A stretch of DNA of 64,000 nucleotides from NCBI GenBank assembly GCA_965218585.1, contig CBDCLE010000005.1, forward strand, positions 136,320-200,319, given 5' to 3'. A program made the translations under genes and the position numbers. Shown piece after piece: positions 1 through 9,445 of the stretch (the stretch's first letter is position 1; the number at the start of each line of letters is the position of its first letter). This DNA is from Terriglobia bacterium (GTDB lineage Bacteria; Acidobacteriota; Terriglobia; 20CM-2-55-15). The notes beneath the pieces were generated by a model. That model was not told where the DNA came from. It was given only the letters and a program-made list of their open reading frames with translations, and ran no database searches.

Positions 1-531
1 AGCCTGGTTATCCTGGATGAGGTCGGCCGGGGAACAGCCACCTTTGACGGACTTTCCATCGCCTGGGCCGTCATCGAGCATCTTCAGGCCCGCGTGGGCG
101 CAAAGACCTTATTTGCAACGCATTACCACGAACTGACGGAGTTAGCCGATCTGCTTTCAGGCGTGAGCAACTTTCACGTCACGGTCAAGGAATCGGAGAA
201 CAGGATCATCTTTCTGAGAAAAGTCGAGGCCGGGGCTGCGGACCGCAGCTACGGCATCGAAGTGGCCCGCCTGGCAGGAATCCCCACCGCCGTCGTCGAC
301 CGAGCTCGAGAAATTTTGAAAAAACATGAGGAAACTGAGCACGAGTTGTCAGATAATCTCACGGTCCGAGCCAGACGCAAGAAACGTATTGTTATCAATC
401 AGCTGTCGCTCTTTTCTCCGGAGGAGGAAGAGTTGAGGGCCCGGTTGCGTGATGTGGACGTGGAAAGTACATCGCCGCTGGAGGCCCTGAAACTTTTGGC
501 CGACCTCAAGGACAAGATCGATCTCGACTGA
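1..531 (+). CDS. mutS: DNA mismatch repair protein MutS, C-terminal part (5' truncated by window)
   Basis: Frame from base 1 reads [24 protein letters not shown]...[11 protein letters not shown]...[11 protein letters not shown], the MutS ATPase motifs. Confidence 0.97.
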   Translation, partial: SLVILDEVGRGTATFDGLSIAWAVIEHLQARVGAKTLFATHYHELTELADLLSGVSNFHVTVKESENRIIFLRKVEAGAADRSYGIEVARLAGIPTAVVDRAREILKKHEETEHELSDNLTVRARRKKRIVINQLSLFSPEEEELRARLRDVDVESTSPLEALKLLADLKDKIDLD

Positions 532-596
532 ACCGCGAGTGTGGAAGGTTGGAGATTCGACCTCCTTCTGGGGTGGGCTATGGCGAAGTCCGCAGG

Positions 597-1691
597 ATGA
601 AGGATTTACGACGTCTAACGCTGGAAGAACGCGTCGGCCAGCTTTTCATGGTCGGGTTCCAGGGGCCTGCCCTCGATGCCGGAACCGCACGCGTTCTCGA
701 TAGGATCCGTCCGGGTGGGTTCATCTGCTCTCAGCGAAATATCGACAGCCTGGATCAGATCTACGAACTGAACCTGGGTTTCGGGTCAAAGGCCAGCCTT
801 GCTCCGCTGTTGGCGATCGATCAGGAAGGCGGAGCCCTGGATCGGTTGAAGCATGTCGTCGCACCGATTCCTTCTGTTGCAGATCTGGCTGACCTGGGTA
901 CCTCTGCCGTCCGCGCTGGAGCCAGGCTCCTGGCTTCAGAGCTCGAAGCGGCCGGCTTCAACACCAACCTCGCCCCGGTTCTGGATCTCGGACTACCCGG
1001 ATGCGTTGTTCGGGAGCGGACCCTCGGTGCCAGTCCTGCCGAAGTCGGACGCCTGGCCAAGGTCGTGATCGATGAGTTCGAGAAAAAGCGAATTCTGACA
1101 TGTGGGCGGCATTTTCCCGGCCTGGGGGGGGCGAGCCGGGATCCCCACTTCGTGTTGCCACGGATTGAGCGAAGCCGCCGGGAACTTCTCGCAGAAGACG
1201 TTGTTCCGTTCAACGACCTCTCGGACCGGTTGGACCTGATCATGGTTTCCCATGGCCATTACCCGGCGCTGGGCGATATCCGCCCTGTTCCCGCATCCCT
1301 GTCGCACAGAATCGTGGGCGGCCTTCTCCGAGAGACAGTGGGGTTCGAGGGCGTGGTGATGACGGATGATCTGACGATGGGGGCGGCGACCTCAGTCGGA
1401 CTAACGCCAAAGACGTTTCTGAAGGCTGTCGAGGCCGGAAACGACATGGTTCTGTTTTCACAGACGACGCCATTGCTCGAAGAGGCGTTCGACCTGATTC
1501 TGGCCACAGCCAAATCCGACATTAAACTTCGAAAGCGGATTGATCAGTCGATCGAACGTGTCCTGTACCTTAAGAGCAAGATCGAATTTGCCCCCTTGCG
1601 AAACAGGCCCCACGCCAAGCCCCGTCTGACACGTCAAATCGAGAAGTTGAAGCAGTCCATACCGACCGTGGAGAAGGTGCAAGTCAGGTAG
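597..1691 (+). CDS. nagZ: GH3 beta-N-acetylhexosaminidase (NagZ-like)
   Basis: Motifs AIDQEGG, NLAPVLD, RHFPGLG...DPH and TDDL. Start chosen at ATG 597; the ORF track starts at 549. Confidence 0.85.
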   Translation: MKDLRRLTLEERVGQLFMVGFQGPALDAGTARVLDRIRPGGFICSQRNIDSLDQIYELNLGFGSKASLAPLLAIDQEGGALDRLKHVVAPIPSVADLADLGTSAVRAGARLLASELEAAGFNTNLAPVLDLGLPGCVVRERTLGASPAEVGRLAKVVIDEFEKKRILTCGRHFPGLGGASRDPHFVLPRIERSRRELLAEDVVPFNDLSDRLDLIMVSHGHYPALGDIRPVPASLSHRIVGGLLRETVGFEGVVMTDDLTMGAATSVGLTPKTFLKAVEAGNDMVLFSQTTPLLEEAFDLILATAKSDIKLRKRIDQSIERVLYLKSKIEFAPLRNRPHAKPRLTRQIEKLKQSIPTVEKVQVR

Positions 1692-1777
1692 GGGGCCTCA
1701 TGTGCCTTCGTCTCCTGATCTTGTTTGACAACGGAGGACCGTCTCCTCTGCTTTTGCTGCAACGTTTCGGCGTAAAG

Positions 1778-1847
1778 GTGGGGACAGGTCACTCTTTTTG
1801 CCACGTGAAGACCAGCGTATGGCTCAAAAAGAGTGACCTGTCCCCAC
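1778..1847. repeat. REPIN-like hairpin, 23-bp perfect inverted repeat with 24-nt spacer (GGGGACAG core, subfamily 1)
   Basis: GTGGGGACAGGTCACTCTTTTTG (1778-1800) pairs with CAAAAAGAGTGACCTGTCCCCAC (1825-1847). A near-identical copy lies at 34705-34784. Confidence 0.9.
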
Positions 1848-1855
1848 TTTTTTGC

Positions 1856-1959
1856 GTAACGTTCCGCTGTGTCCCCGAAAGGGCTTGCGGTCAGGATGAT
1901 CGCGAGCGTCGCCGGTCGTTCAGACAGGATGTCTGAATGAACGACCGAGCGAAATCTTC
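1856..1959 (+). repeat. ~105-bp structured intergenic repeat, copy A
   Basis: GTAACGTTCCGCTGTGTCCCC...CGGTCGTTC-hairpin-GAACGACCGAGCGAAATCTTC. A reverse-complement copy lies at 34454-34558 and a split copy at 13451-13685. Confidence 0.85.
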
Positions 1960-2057
1960 TGCGTGGACCTAAGCAATTGCTCAACGGTTCCGGACGCTCA
2001 CACGCCAAGTGAACATCCTAAGTGTTCACAGCCACAGACCTCAACCGTCACACCGAG

Positions 2058-2066
2058 TGCTACCAT
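2058..2066 (+). promoter_or_regulatory. Extended -10 box (TGcTACCAT), 7 nt before ATG 2074; probable leaderless promoter
   Basis: TGn-TANNNT pattern with no Shine-Dalgarno before the ATG. Confidence 0.55.
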
Positions 2067-2073
2067 ACCTCCT

Positions 2074-3594
2074 ATGTTCGGAAGCTTCCGAAACACGGCT
2101 GCCCTTTTAATCATTTCCTCGGTCCTTATCGGCTGCGACAACGGTCCCGTGTCGCCGGACATGGTGACACTGGCGCTCGACGGTGCGCCGACGAACCTGG
2201 ATCCGAGGATCGGCGTGGACGCGTATTCAGAACGGCTGAGTCCGCTTCTCTTTAATTCCCTTGTCCGTAAGGATGAGAACTCCGCGATCATTCCCGACCT
2301 GGCCGAGAGCTGGGACATTCCGGACTCGACGACCTACGTTTTTCATCTGAGAGAAGGCGTTCGCTTCCACGACGGACGGGAACTGACCGCGGATGACGTC
2401 GTCTATACCGTCAGGAGTATCCTGGATGGCACCGTCCAAACTGCGAAATTAGGGACCTATCGGCTCGTAGATACTGTCGAGGCTTTGGATCCGTATACAG
2501 TCCGCTTTAAATTGAGCGAACCCTACGCGCCTTTTCTCTGGAACCTGATCCCCGAGGCAATCGGTATCGTCCCGGATGGCGCAGGACCCGACTTTGTGGA
2601 TCACCTGATCGGAACCGGGCCGTTTGTTTTTGAGCACTACATCCGGGACGGTGAAATCGTTCTTCGTGCCAACGAAGATTATTTCGGAGACCCACCGTCG
2701 TTGGAAGCGGTTCGGTTCAAGATCGTACCCGATGCGGTTGTCCGTGCCCTGGAGCTGCGTAAGGGAACCGTAGATATCGCGCTCAACATGCTCCCGGCCG
2801 ACATGGTGGAGGCGCTTCGGAGTGAGCCTCATCTGGAAGTTCTGAACAGCGAAGGAAGCAACTACCAGTACCTGACATTCAATCTGGAGGACCCACTCTT
2901 TCGAGACATACGTGTGCGCCGGGCGATTGCTCATGCGGTGGATCGCGAGGGGATCGTCAAGTACCTGTGGCGCAACCAGGCGCGTCTGGCTGATTCGGTT
3001 CTTCCGCCGGAGAATTGGGCGTATTCCTCAGACGTCACAGAGTATCCCTACGACCCGGAACTAGCGCGTTCGATTCTCGAAGAGGCCGGTTACTGGGATC
3101 TCAGCTTCACCTATCGGACCTCTACAGACCCTCTCGGCCTGCTCCAGGCGGCCGTTCTGCAGCAGCAGTTCAAGGAGATGGGTATCAACATGGAAATCCG
3201 TTCCAACGAGTTTGCGACGTTCTTCGCTGATGTCATCGCGGGCAACTTTCAGATCTATTCGCTGAGGTGGGTCGGGGGCAACAACGATCCGGATATCTTC
3301 AATCTTATTTTTCACTCAGCGATGTTTCCACCGAATGGGGCCAATCGAGGACGGTACGATAATCCAGAGATCGACCGGCTGATCGATCTTGCGCGGACGG
3401 AGACCGACATGGAAATTCGAAAGGAATATTACGCCCGGATCCAGAAAATAATATCTGACGACCTACCTTATGTTTCGCTGTATTACACCAACAACGTTGC
3501 CGTCATCAACGAGCGTATCCGGGGCATGCGGCTTTACGCCGCGGGTGACTACGAGTTCTTGAACGAGATCACGATTCGTGATCAGCCCGAGTAG
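2074..3594 (+). CDS. ABC transporter peptide/nickel substrate-binding lipoprotein (family 5)
   Basis: Lipobox LIGC; motifs PDLAESW, FHLREGVRFHDG, GTGPF and VRRAIAHAVDR. Confidence 0.9.
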   Translation: MFGSFRNTAALLIISSVLIGCDNGPVSPDMVTLALDGAPTNLDPRIGVDAYSERLSPLLFNSLVRKDENSAIIPDLAESWDIPDSTTYVFHLREGVRFHDGRELTADDVVYTVRSILDGTVQTAKLGTYRLVDTVEALDPYTVRFKLSEPYAPFLWNLIPEAIGIVPDGAGPDFVDHLIGTGPFVFEHYIRDGEIVLRANEDYFGDPPSLEAVRFKIVPDAVVRALELRKGTVDIALNMLPADMVEALRSEPHLEVLNSEGSNYQYLTFNLEDPLFRDIRVRRAIAHAVDREGIVKYLWRNQARLADSVLPPENWAYSSDVTEYPYDPELARSILEEAGYWDLSFTYRTSTDPLGLLQAAVLQQQFKEMGINMEIRSNEFATFFADVIAGNFQIYSLRWVGGNNDPDIFNLIFHSAMFPPNGANRGRYDNPEIDRLIDLARTETDMEIRKEYYARIQKIISDDLPYVSLYYTNNVAVINERIRGMRLYAAGDYEFLNEITIRDQPE

Positions 3595-3614
3595 AGCGCA
3601 GTACCAAATCCAAC

Positions 3615-4007
3615 CTAAACTGGCTTTCCGGGTCTGAGCTTTCGATGTTTCCGCGACGACGCACGGGGTGCCGATTTACGGGTCACAAATTTGTGCGCCA
3701 TGCCGAGCAAGTCCCGCAACATATCGGGATCGACGTGAGACAAGCGAACCAGAACCCAGTCATAGCTGACGTAGTGGTCCGTCGCGTAGTAAACATCGGG
3801 GGCCTGGGCGAGCAACTCCGCGCGATCATCGAAATCCACCTGAACGGCAAGTGAACCGGGTTCGGCCGAACGATTCGCTGGGACGCATGCCAGGAGTTTT
3901 CCGCGGACCTTGAGCGCCGGGAAGCCGTACGCCGTGCTCTCCTCCACGTCGGGTAATGCGAGTCCGATATTCTTCACGGTGTCGAAGTCGATTGTGCTCT
4001 TTGGCAT
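3615..4007 (-). CDS. MmcQ/YjbR family protein
   Basis: LALPDVEESTAYGFPALKVRGK...YYATDHY..WVLVRL pattern. Confidence 0.75.
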   Translation of the reverse strand: MPKSTIDFDTVKNIGLALPDVEESTAYGFPALKVRGKLLACVPANRSAEPGSLAVQVDFDDRAELLAQAPDVYYATDHYVSYDWVLVRLSHVDPDMLRDLLGMAHKFVTRKSAPRASSRKHRKLRPGKPV

Positions 4008-4086
4008 AGCCCAGTGCGATTCTGTAGGATCTTGTGAATTCTCAGACGAAGGCTGAACCTTCTCGGCTGAGCCCGTTCACTTCCAC

Positions 4087-4974
4087 CTATTCGTCTCGAT
4101 ACTTTGGTACAGCGTTCAATGCGGGTGCGAATGAATTCTCAAGATCGCATTCACTCCAATTTCGGTAAGCATCGAAAAGGGATTCGTCGAATGGACGATC
4201 CGATCGGACAAATTCGAGGGTTTCTGTAAAAGGCTCACTCAAAAAGAGTGGGTCTTCAACTGTGAATACCATTCTTAATCGGTCGGGTGCTATGAGGGAA
4301 TAGCGTTCGGTGATGCGTTTGAGCCATGACGAGGGGATCTGGCCCTGGAAGTCGATTCCGTTCGGATCAAACGCAAAGTTTGTCGTTTCAACGACCAGTT
4401 CATCTCCTTCGTACCGGCCAATGGAATGTCCCCAATAAGAGACGTAGTCCGGATCGCTTGGGGCTGGATGCGACCGACCGTCCATCCAGATGGTGCGAGT
4501 GATAAAAATATTGAAATTACTGGTCTCGCCCTGTTGCCACTCTTGCACGATTCGGCTAGTCTGCTGATCAATGCGTACCGCACCCCCGCCGAATACCCAC
4601 CTGCTGGGTATGGATTCCGGCACACAGTAAAATTTTCCTTCTATCAGTTCATCATGGAACTCGATCCACGCCAGCGCCCTCTCGGTCAGCTTCAGTTGTT
4701 CCATTGAAAACCTGCAGCCTCCGCGAGGGACCCCTCGGGCGTCAGTCGGAAAGTCCTCACAGTCCAGCGAGCCTTCGTTCGACCTTTCTACACGGACCCA
4801 CGCGCCTCCCAGACGGGGCATCTCGTCCACTTCGGCACGCGCTAAACCCAGTATATCTTCCACTTGGACCGGAGTCTGACTCTCCAGATCCATTGGAACC
4901 GCGATCATCAAAACAGCCACAAAAGCGATGCCGGCAAAAGGATTCCATCCGTTGTGAAAATCTTTAGTTCTCAT
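4087..4974 (-). CDS. Secreted hypothetical protein, DUF6152-partner family (paralog of 20585-21342)
   Basis: Signal-like N-terminus; PRLGGAW, KFYCVP, RTIWMDG, GHSIGRYEGDELVVETTNF and TVEDPLFL motifs shared with the second copy. Confidence 0.75.
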   Translation of the reverse strand: MRTKDFHNGWNPFAGIAFVAVLMIAVPMDLESQTPVQVEDILGLARAEVDEMPRLGGAWVRVERSNEGSLDCEDFPTDARGVPRGGCRFSMEQLKLTERALAWIEFHDELIEGKFYCVPESIPSRWVFGGGAVRIDQQTSRIVQEWQQGETSNFNIFITRTIWMDGRSHPAPSDPDYVSYWGHSIGRYEGDELVVETTNFAFDPNGIDFQGQIPSSWLKRITERYSLIAPDRLRMVFTVEDPLFLSEPFTETLEFVRSDRPFDESLFDAYRNWSECDLENSFAPALNAVPKYRDE

Positions 4975-4992
4975 TACTGTCTGCTCCTTGAG

Positions 4993-5430
4993 TCACTGAC
5001 TGGGTTGCGGCCCGTCGTCCAATAGCTCCTCTAGCAATTCCTCCGGACGATTCGGGTCGCCAAACGCCTGCCCGAATGTGGTGCCGTCTGCCTTGATCAC
5101 CGTCCATATGACTATCCCCATCGCGGCTGGATTCCTTCCAGGACTGCCAAGGACTGTGACGGTTTCACCAGGATCGATTGCGATATTTAACATTCGCGCA
5201 GCGCTAGGTCCTTCTGCCCTCCAGCTCACTTTCCGGCCATCTTCCTCGGTCACCTCGAGCATGAAACTGCTGTGGGGATTTCTCATCCGTATATCGGTGA
5301 CGACTCCCGTTAGCGGAATAACTTGATTCACGTCATAGAACGTCGCCGCAGCATGGTGTGCCTGACCGAACACTGCCGCCGTGAGTACTACAAGGGTCAG
5401 TATGCACCACATGCTTATGTGTCTTTTCAT
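4993..5430 (-). CDS. DUF6152-like secreted protein with His-His after the signal peptide
   Basis: RBS AGGAG before ATG 5430; signal peptide ending GQA|HH; GVVTDIRMRNPHS motif. Confidence 0.7.
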   Translation of the reverse strand: MKRHISMWCILTLVVLTAAVFGQAHHAAATFYDVNQVIPLTGVVTDIRMRNPHSSFMLEVTEEDGRKVSWRAEGPSAARMLNIAIDPGETVTVLGSPGRNPAAMGIVIWTVIKADGTTFGQAFGDPNRPEELLEELLDDGPQPSQ

Positions 5431-5597
5431 GTCCTTTTCTCTCCTGTGATGTTCATTCCACAAGGTCGCTTTCAGCTTGAAGGATCGTACCAGATGCCGT
5501 GACTGCATGCCCGATCTGAAAAGGGTTCGCCCTAAATGAGTGTGACCCCACGTTCACAGCACGCGAAACGCTCTCGGTCTTAGACAGCCTCCATGGG

Positions 5598-6200
5598 TCA
5601 GTTGATTCCAAGCCGATATGCCGTAATCAAGAGAACTTCTCGAAGGCTGTACCAGGCCCGGCTCGTAGATGACGTTTCAATCAAGCTTGCAGGTGCGGGC
5701 GATACCAGAGCCCGAAGTTCGTTATCTTCAAAAATCTGACCGACCCGATAAAGGTGGAATCCATCGCTGACGACAAGAGCCGTGCCCCATCCGTTGGACT
5801 CCATCAAACGGACAACGGCCAGTACCGTGTCATATGTGGTGCCACTTCCCTGCTCGGTCACGATCTGGGACGGATCGACACCGTGTTCAGATAAGTATTC
5901 GGTTGCGACGTGGGCTTCAGAGAAATTTAGGTCGGGTCCGAAACTTCCCGTGGTGACGAGAACGTTCGCGTGGCCCGCGTCGAAGAGATCAAGGGCGTGA
6001 TCGAGGCGGGCCTGGAAGACGGGTGACGGTTGTCCGTTGTACTGAGCCGCCCCAAGAATGACAATCGCGTCGGCTGCGCCGGCTTCGTCCATACCCGCAA
6101 TCCTCCGAACCTGAACATATGTCACCGCTGTGTAGGCGGCGATCAGGAGGCCGGCGAGGGCCGTCACCAGCACGAGTCTTCTGAGGCGGGTGCCTTTCAT
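5598..6200 (-). CDS. YdcF/DUF218 (ElyC/SanA-like) protein
   Basis: N-terminal TM segment; ADAIVILGAA, RLDHAL, SEA, VSDGFHLYR and LRE motifs. Confidence 0.85.
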   Translation of the reverse strand: MKGTRLRRLVLVTALAGLLIAAYTAVTYVQVRRIAGMDEAGAADAIVILGAAQYNGQPSPVFQARLDHALDLFDAGHANVLVTTGSFGPDLNFSEAHVATEYLSEHGVDPSQIVTEQGSGTTYDTVLAVVRLMESNGWGTALVVSDGFHLYRVGQIFEDNELRALVSPAPASLIETSSTSRAWYSLREVLLITAYRLGIN

Positions 6201-6844
6201 GCCGTTCGCCTCTGGAGGTGGCCGTCGAAAAAACGGACCAACTGATCGTGGGTGATGGGACCTTCCCGGATAAGAACTGGCGGCTCGGAAGAAACGTCCA
6301 GGATCGTGGAGGGGGGGCGAGCCTCGAGGGGTCCTCCATCGATCACGATATCGACCGCGTTCCCCAGGTGAACAATGGCTTCATCCGCCGATCTGGCCGC
6401 GGGTTCTCCACTGCGGTTCGCACTGGTTCCGGTGATCGCGCCACCCAGGGCCTGGACGATCCGGCACGGAAGTGACGCTTCCGGGAAACGTAAGCCGATC
6501 TTTCCGGTGCCAGAGGTAAGCCGGTCCGAAACATGTTTTGCCGCTCCGGTCACCAGGGTGATCGGGCCCGGCCAAAAGGCGGCCGCCACTTCTTCGAATA
6601 GAGGATTTGGCACGCTGAAAGCCCGGGCCATTTCTAACGAGTCCACGATCAGAAGGATAGGTTTCGATGGATCTCGACCTTTTAATTCGAACAATCGTTC
6701 TACTGCTTCTCGGCTCGAAGGGTTTACTCCGAGAGCATAGACCGTGTCCGTCGGAAAGCAGACGACGCCCCCGGAAACGAGTGTTTTGCCGATCTCGGCA
6801 AGGCTCGTTGGGTCGAGTTCGTCAGCGGCGATTAGACGTGTCAT
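6197..6844 (-). CDS. tsaC: L-threonylcarbamoyladenylate synthase (Sua5/YrdC)
   Basis: FPTDTVYAL, LKGR, FWPGP, TSANRSG and PSTILD motifs. Confidence 0.93.
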   Translation of the reverse strand: MTRLIAADELDPTSLAEIGKTLVSGGVVCFPTDTVYALGVNPSSREAVERLFELKGRDPSKPILLIVDSLEMARAFSVPNPLFEEVAAAFWPGPITLVTGAAKHVSDRLTSGTGKIGLRFPEASLPCRIVQALGGAITGTSANRSGEPAARSADEAIVHLGNAVDIVIDGGPLEARPPSTILDVSSEPPVLIREGPITHDQLVRFFDGHLQRRTA

Positions 6845-6851
6845 ATTAAAC

Positions 6852-6934
6852 AGTCACGAGTGAGGAGTGGGTGCCGCGTCCTCTGACTCGCCACTGGTCC
6901 CTAGCAACTTCTAACTTATAACTTATAACTCACC
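6852..6934. repeat. Degenerate 7-nt-period repeats in two opposing orientations
   Basis: AGT at 6852, 6859 and 6866; ACT at 6886, 6893, 6907, 6914, 6921 and 6928 (AACTTCT AACTTAT AACTTAT AACTCAC). Confidence 0.6.
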
Positions 6935-6958
6935 TATAGCTGCGATAATACGACCGTC

Positions 6959-7738
6959 ATGGGCCCGGAACGGATTGGCAAGCACAACCGGAGACTAACG
7001 GAGATTCGGAAGTCCTTTCGCGAGGGCTGTCTGACCTCAGATGGGTTGCTTCCCATCGAAGGTCCCCGCTTACTGGATGAAGTGAGAAAGAGCGGACTGC
7101 AAATTGAAGAGCTCTTCATCCGGGAGGGAGACGTCTCGGAAGTCGACGCACGCCGAAGCTACACAGTGACGCCCTCGGTATTCGGATCCCTGTGTGGCAC
7201 GCGGGAGCCACAGGGTGTCATCGCGTTGGTCCGGCCCCCGACTTTTTCCTTCGAATCGATGCTCGGTGATGCCCGGCTTCTTCTGATCGTCCTGTGTGGT
7301 CTTCAGGATCCAGGAAACGTGGGCAGCATTCTGAGAATTGCGGAAGCTTTCGCGGCCAGCGGCTGCGTTGCAACCCGAGGTACGACCAGCGTCTATAACG
7401 ACAAGGTGGTTCGTGCGAGTGCGGGCAGCCTCTTCCGTCTGCCCCACGTGTGGGGTGCAGATTTCGCCTCAACCGTGGACCAACTCCGTTCAAGGGGCGT
7501 TCGAATCGTGGGTACGGCTATGGAAGCCGAACAAACCGTTCGGAGCGAAGACTGGCAGAGTCGGGCAGCGATATTATTCGGCAACGAGGGTGCCGGATTG
7601 AGCCCGGACGAACTCGCTGTTTGCGATAGCATAGTGCGGGTTCCCCACGCCGCCGCCGTCGATTCGCTCAACGCCGCTGCAGCAGCGGGCATTGTCCTGT
7701 ATGAGGCGGCGCGTTACCGTAGCTCTGAGGCCGGTTAA
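6959..7738 (+). CDS. TrmH/SpoU family RNA methyltransferase
   Basis: LQDPGNVGSILR, RASAGSLF, FGNEGAGL and DSLNAAAAAGIVLYE motifs. Confidence 0.92.
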   Translation: MGPERIGKHNRRLTEIRKSFREGCLTSDGLLPIEGPRLLDEVRKSGLQIEELFIREGDVSEVDARRSYTVTPSVFGSLCGTREPQGVIALVRPPTFSFESMLGDARLLLIVLCGLQDPGNVGSILRIAEAFAASGCVATRGTTSVYNDKVVRASAGSLFRLPHVWGADFASTVDQLRSRGVRIVGTAMEAEQTVRSEDWQSRAAILFGNEGAGLSPDELAVCDSIVRVPHAAAVDSLNAAAAAGIVLYEAARYRSSEAG

Positions 7739-7743
7739 ACAAT

Positions 7744-9048
7744 ATGGATTCCCTCTTCGACGATCCCAATCAGGTTGCCGAAACCGAACATGTTCCCCTG
7801 GCCGAGCGGATGCGTCCGACGGCGCTGACCGAGTTCGTCGGGCAGGAGCATCTGCTTGGTCCCGGAAAGGCTCTCAGGTTGGCCATCGAACACGATCAGA
7901 CGCCTTCGATGATTCTCTGGGGACCTCCCGGCGTCGGGAAAACGACCCTCGCTCAGATCGTCGCGCACCAGACGCGGTCCGCGTTCCTGCAGTTCAGTGC
8001 CGTGCTTTCGGGAATCAAGGAAATTCGGGAGATTATGGCTGCAGCCGAACGCGCACACAAACTTGGACATCAGACCATCCTCTTTGTCGACGAAATCCAC
8101 AGGTTCAACAAGGCCCAGCAGGACGCTTTCCTTCCCTACGTCGAGAAAGGGAGCATTACTCTGATTGGTGCAACCACCGAAAATCCGTCTTTTGAAGTGA
8201 TCGCAGCTCTGCTCTCGCGTGTGCGCGTCTTTGTTCTGGAGGCGCTCAAGGATAAAGAGATCGCCCTCCTTGTGGAACGAGGGGCCAAGACCGTCGGGTG
8301 TCAGATTGCTGCTGACGCTCGATCGACGATCGTCGATCTTTCAAACGGGGACGCTCGCGCGGCCTACAACATGCTCGAGATGGCCGCGCAGTTCGTCGAC
8401 TCGGACGACGAGATCTCGAAGAACGTCGTTCAGGAAGTGGCGCAGCGGAAGGTGCTTCTCTACGACAAGGGAGGCGAAGAGCATTACAACATCATTTCGG
8501 CTCTCCACAAATCTATTCGAAATTCAGATGCCGATGCCGCGCTCTATTGGCTCGCACGGATGCTGGAAGCCGGTGAAGACCCCCTCTACATTGCGCGACG
8601 TCTTGTTCGATTCGCTTCTGAAGACGTTGGGTTGGCCGACCCCGACGCATTGGGGCTGGCTCTGGACGCAAAGGAGTCCGTCAATTTCCTGGGAATGCCC
8701 GAGGGGGGATTGGCATTGGCCGAATGTGTGATCTATCTGGTTGCAGCGCCGAAATCCAATTCGGTGTACACGGCTTACTCTGCCGCCATGGAAGAGGCGC
8801 GAAACAGCCGTGCCGAGCCGGTGCCACTGCATTTGAGGAACGCCCCCACGAAATTGATGAAGAGCCTCCACTACGGAGAAGGATACCGGTACGCGCACGA
8901 CACAGAGGACGGAGTGGCCGATATGGAGTGCCTGCCTCGAAACCTCGCCCGCCATCGCTATTATCACGGGAAGAAGGTGGGGGCAGAGGCGGGCCTCATC
9001 GAGCGGCTGGAGGAATTCAGGCACCGTTTAAGGAAGGGCCGCAGGTAG
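7744..9048 (+). CDS. rarA: Replication-associated recombination protein A (RarA/MgsA)
   Basis: PLAERMRP, WGPPGVGKTT, DEIHRFNKAQQD, ISALHKSIR and VPLHLRNAPT motifs. Confidence 0.96.
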   Translation: MDSLFDDPNQVAETEHVPLAERMRPTALTEFVGQEHLLGPGKALRLAIEHDQTPSMILWGPPGVGKTTLAQIVAHQTRSAFLQFSAVLSGIKEIREIMAAAERAHKLGHQTILFVDEIHRFNKAQQDAFLPYVEKGSITLIGATTENPSFEVIAALLSRVRVFVLEALKDKEIALLVERGAKTVGCQIAADARSTIVDLSNGDARAAYNMLEMAAQFVDSDDEISKNVVQEVAQRKVLLYDKGGEEHYNIISALHKSIRNSDADAALYWLARMLEAGEDPLYIARRLVRFASEDVGLADPDALGLALDAKESVNFLGMPEGGLALAECVIYLVAAPKSNSVYTAYSAAMEEARNSRAEPVPLHLRNAPTKLMKSLHYGEGYRYAHDTEDGVADMECLPRNLARHRYYHGKKVGAEAGLIERLEEFRHRLRKGRR

Positions 9049-9052
9049 CACT

Positions 9053-9445
9053 TCAACGCTTCAGGGCCTTGTGCTCCTTGAGAATGCACCGGTCCATCAC
9101 AACCGCCAACCCGGCCTGCCGTGCCTCCTCGGCCGCAGCATCGTCAACGACGCCTTCCTGCATCCAGACGCAACGGGCCCCGATTTCGATTGCTGCGCCC
9201 ACAATCTCGGGAACGAATTCCGATCGCCTGAAAATATTGACGATTTCCACAGGTTCAGGAACGTCCGTCAGGTGCGAATAGACCTTTTCACCCAGTACCT
9301 CCGTTTCGTTGGGGTTCACCGGAATGATTCGATAACCGTTTGCCTGCATGTACCGGCTTACGCTGTGACTGGGCCTTTCGGTTCTGGACGAAAGGCCGAC
9401 GACGGCTATCGTTCGATAGGTCTCGAGGATGTCTATTTCCGTCAT
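9053..9445 (-). CDS. CoA-binding protein (YccU-like)
   Basis: IAVVGLS, IIPVNP, VNIFRRSE, VWMQEG and MDRC motifs. Confidence 0.9.
   Translation of the reverse strand: MTEIDILETYRTIAVVGLSSRTERPSHSVSRYMQANGYRIIPVNPNETEVLGEKVYSHLTDVPEPVEIVNIFRRSEFVPEIVGAAIEIGARCVWMQEGVVDDAAAEEARQAGLAVVMDRCILKEHKALKR

Noticed and set aside
3615-5430. Horizontally acquired islet (appears more AT-rich by eye)
   Set aside because: GC content was not computed, and no mobility gene or flanking repeats were seen; kept only as ordinary accessory genes.
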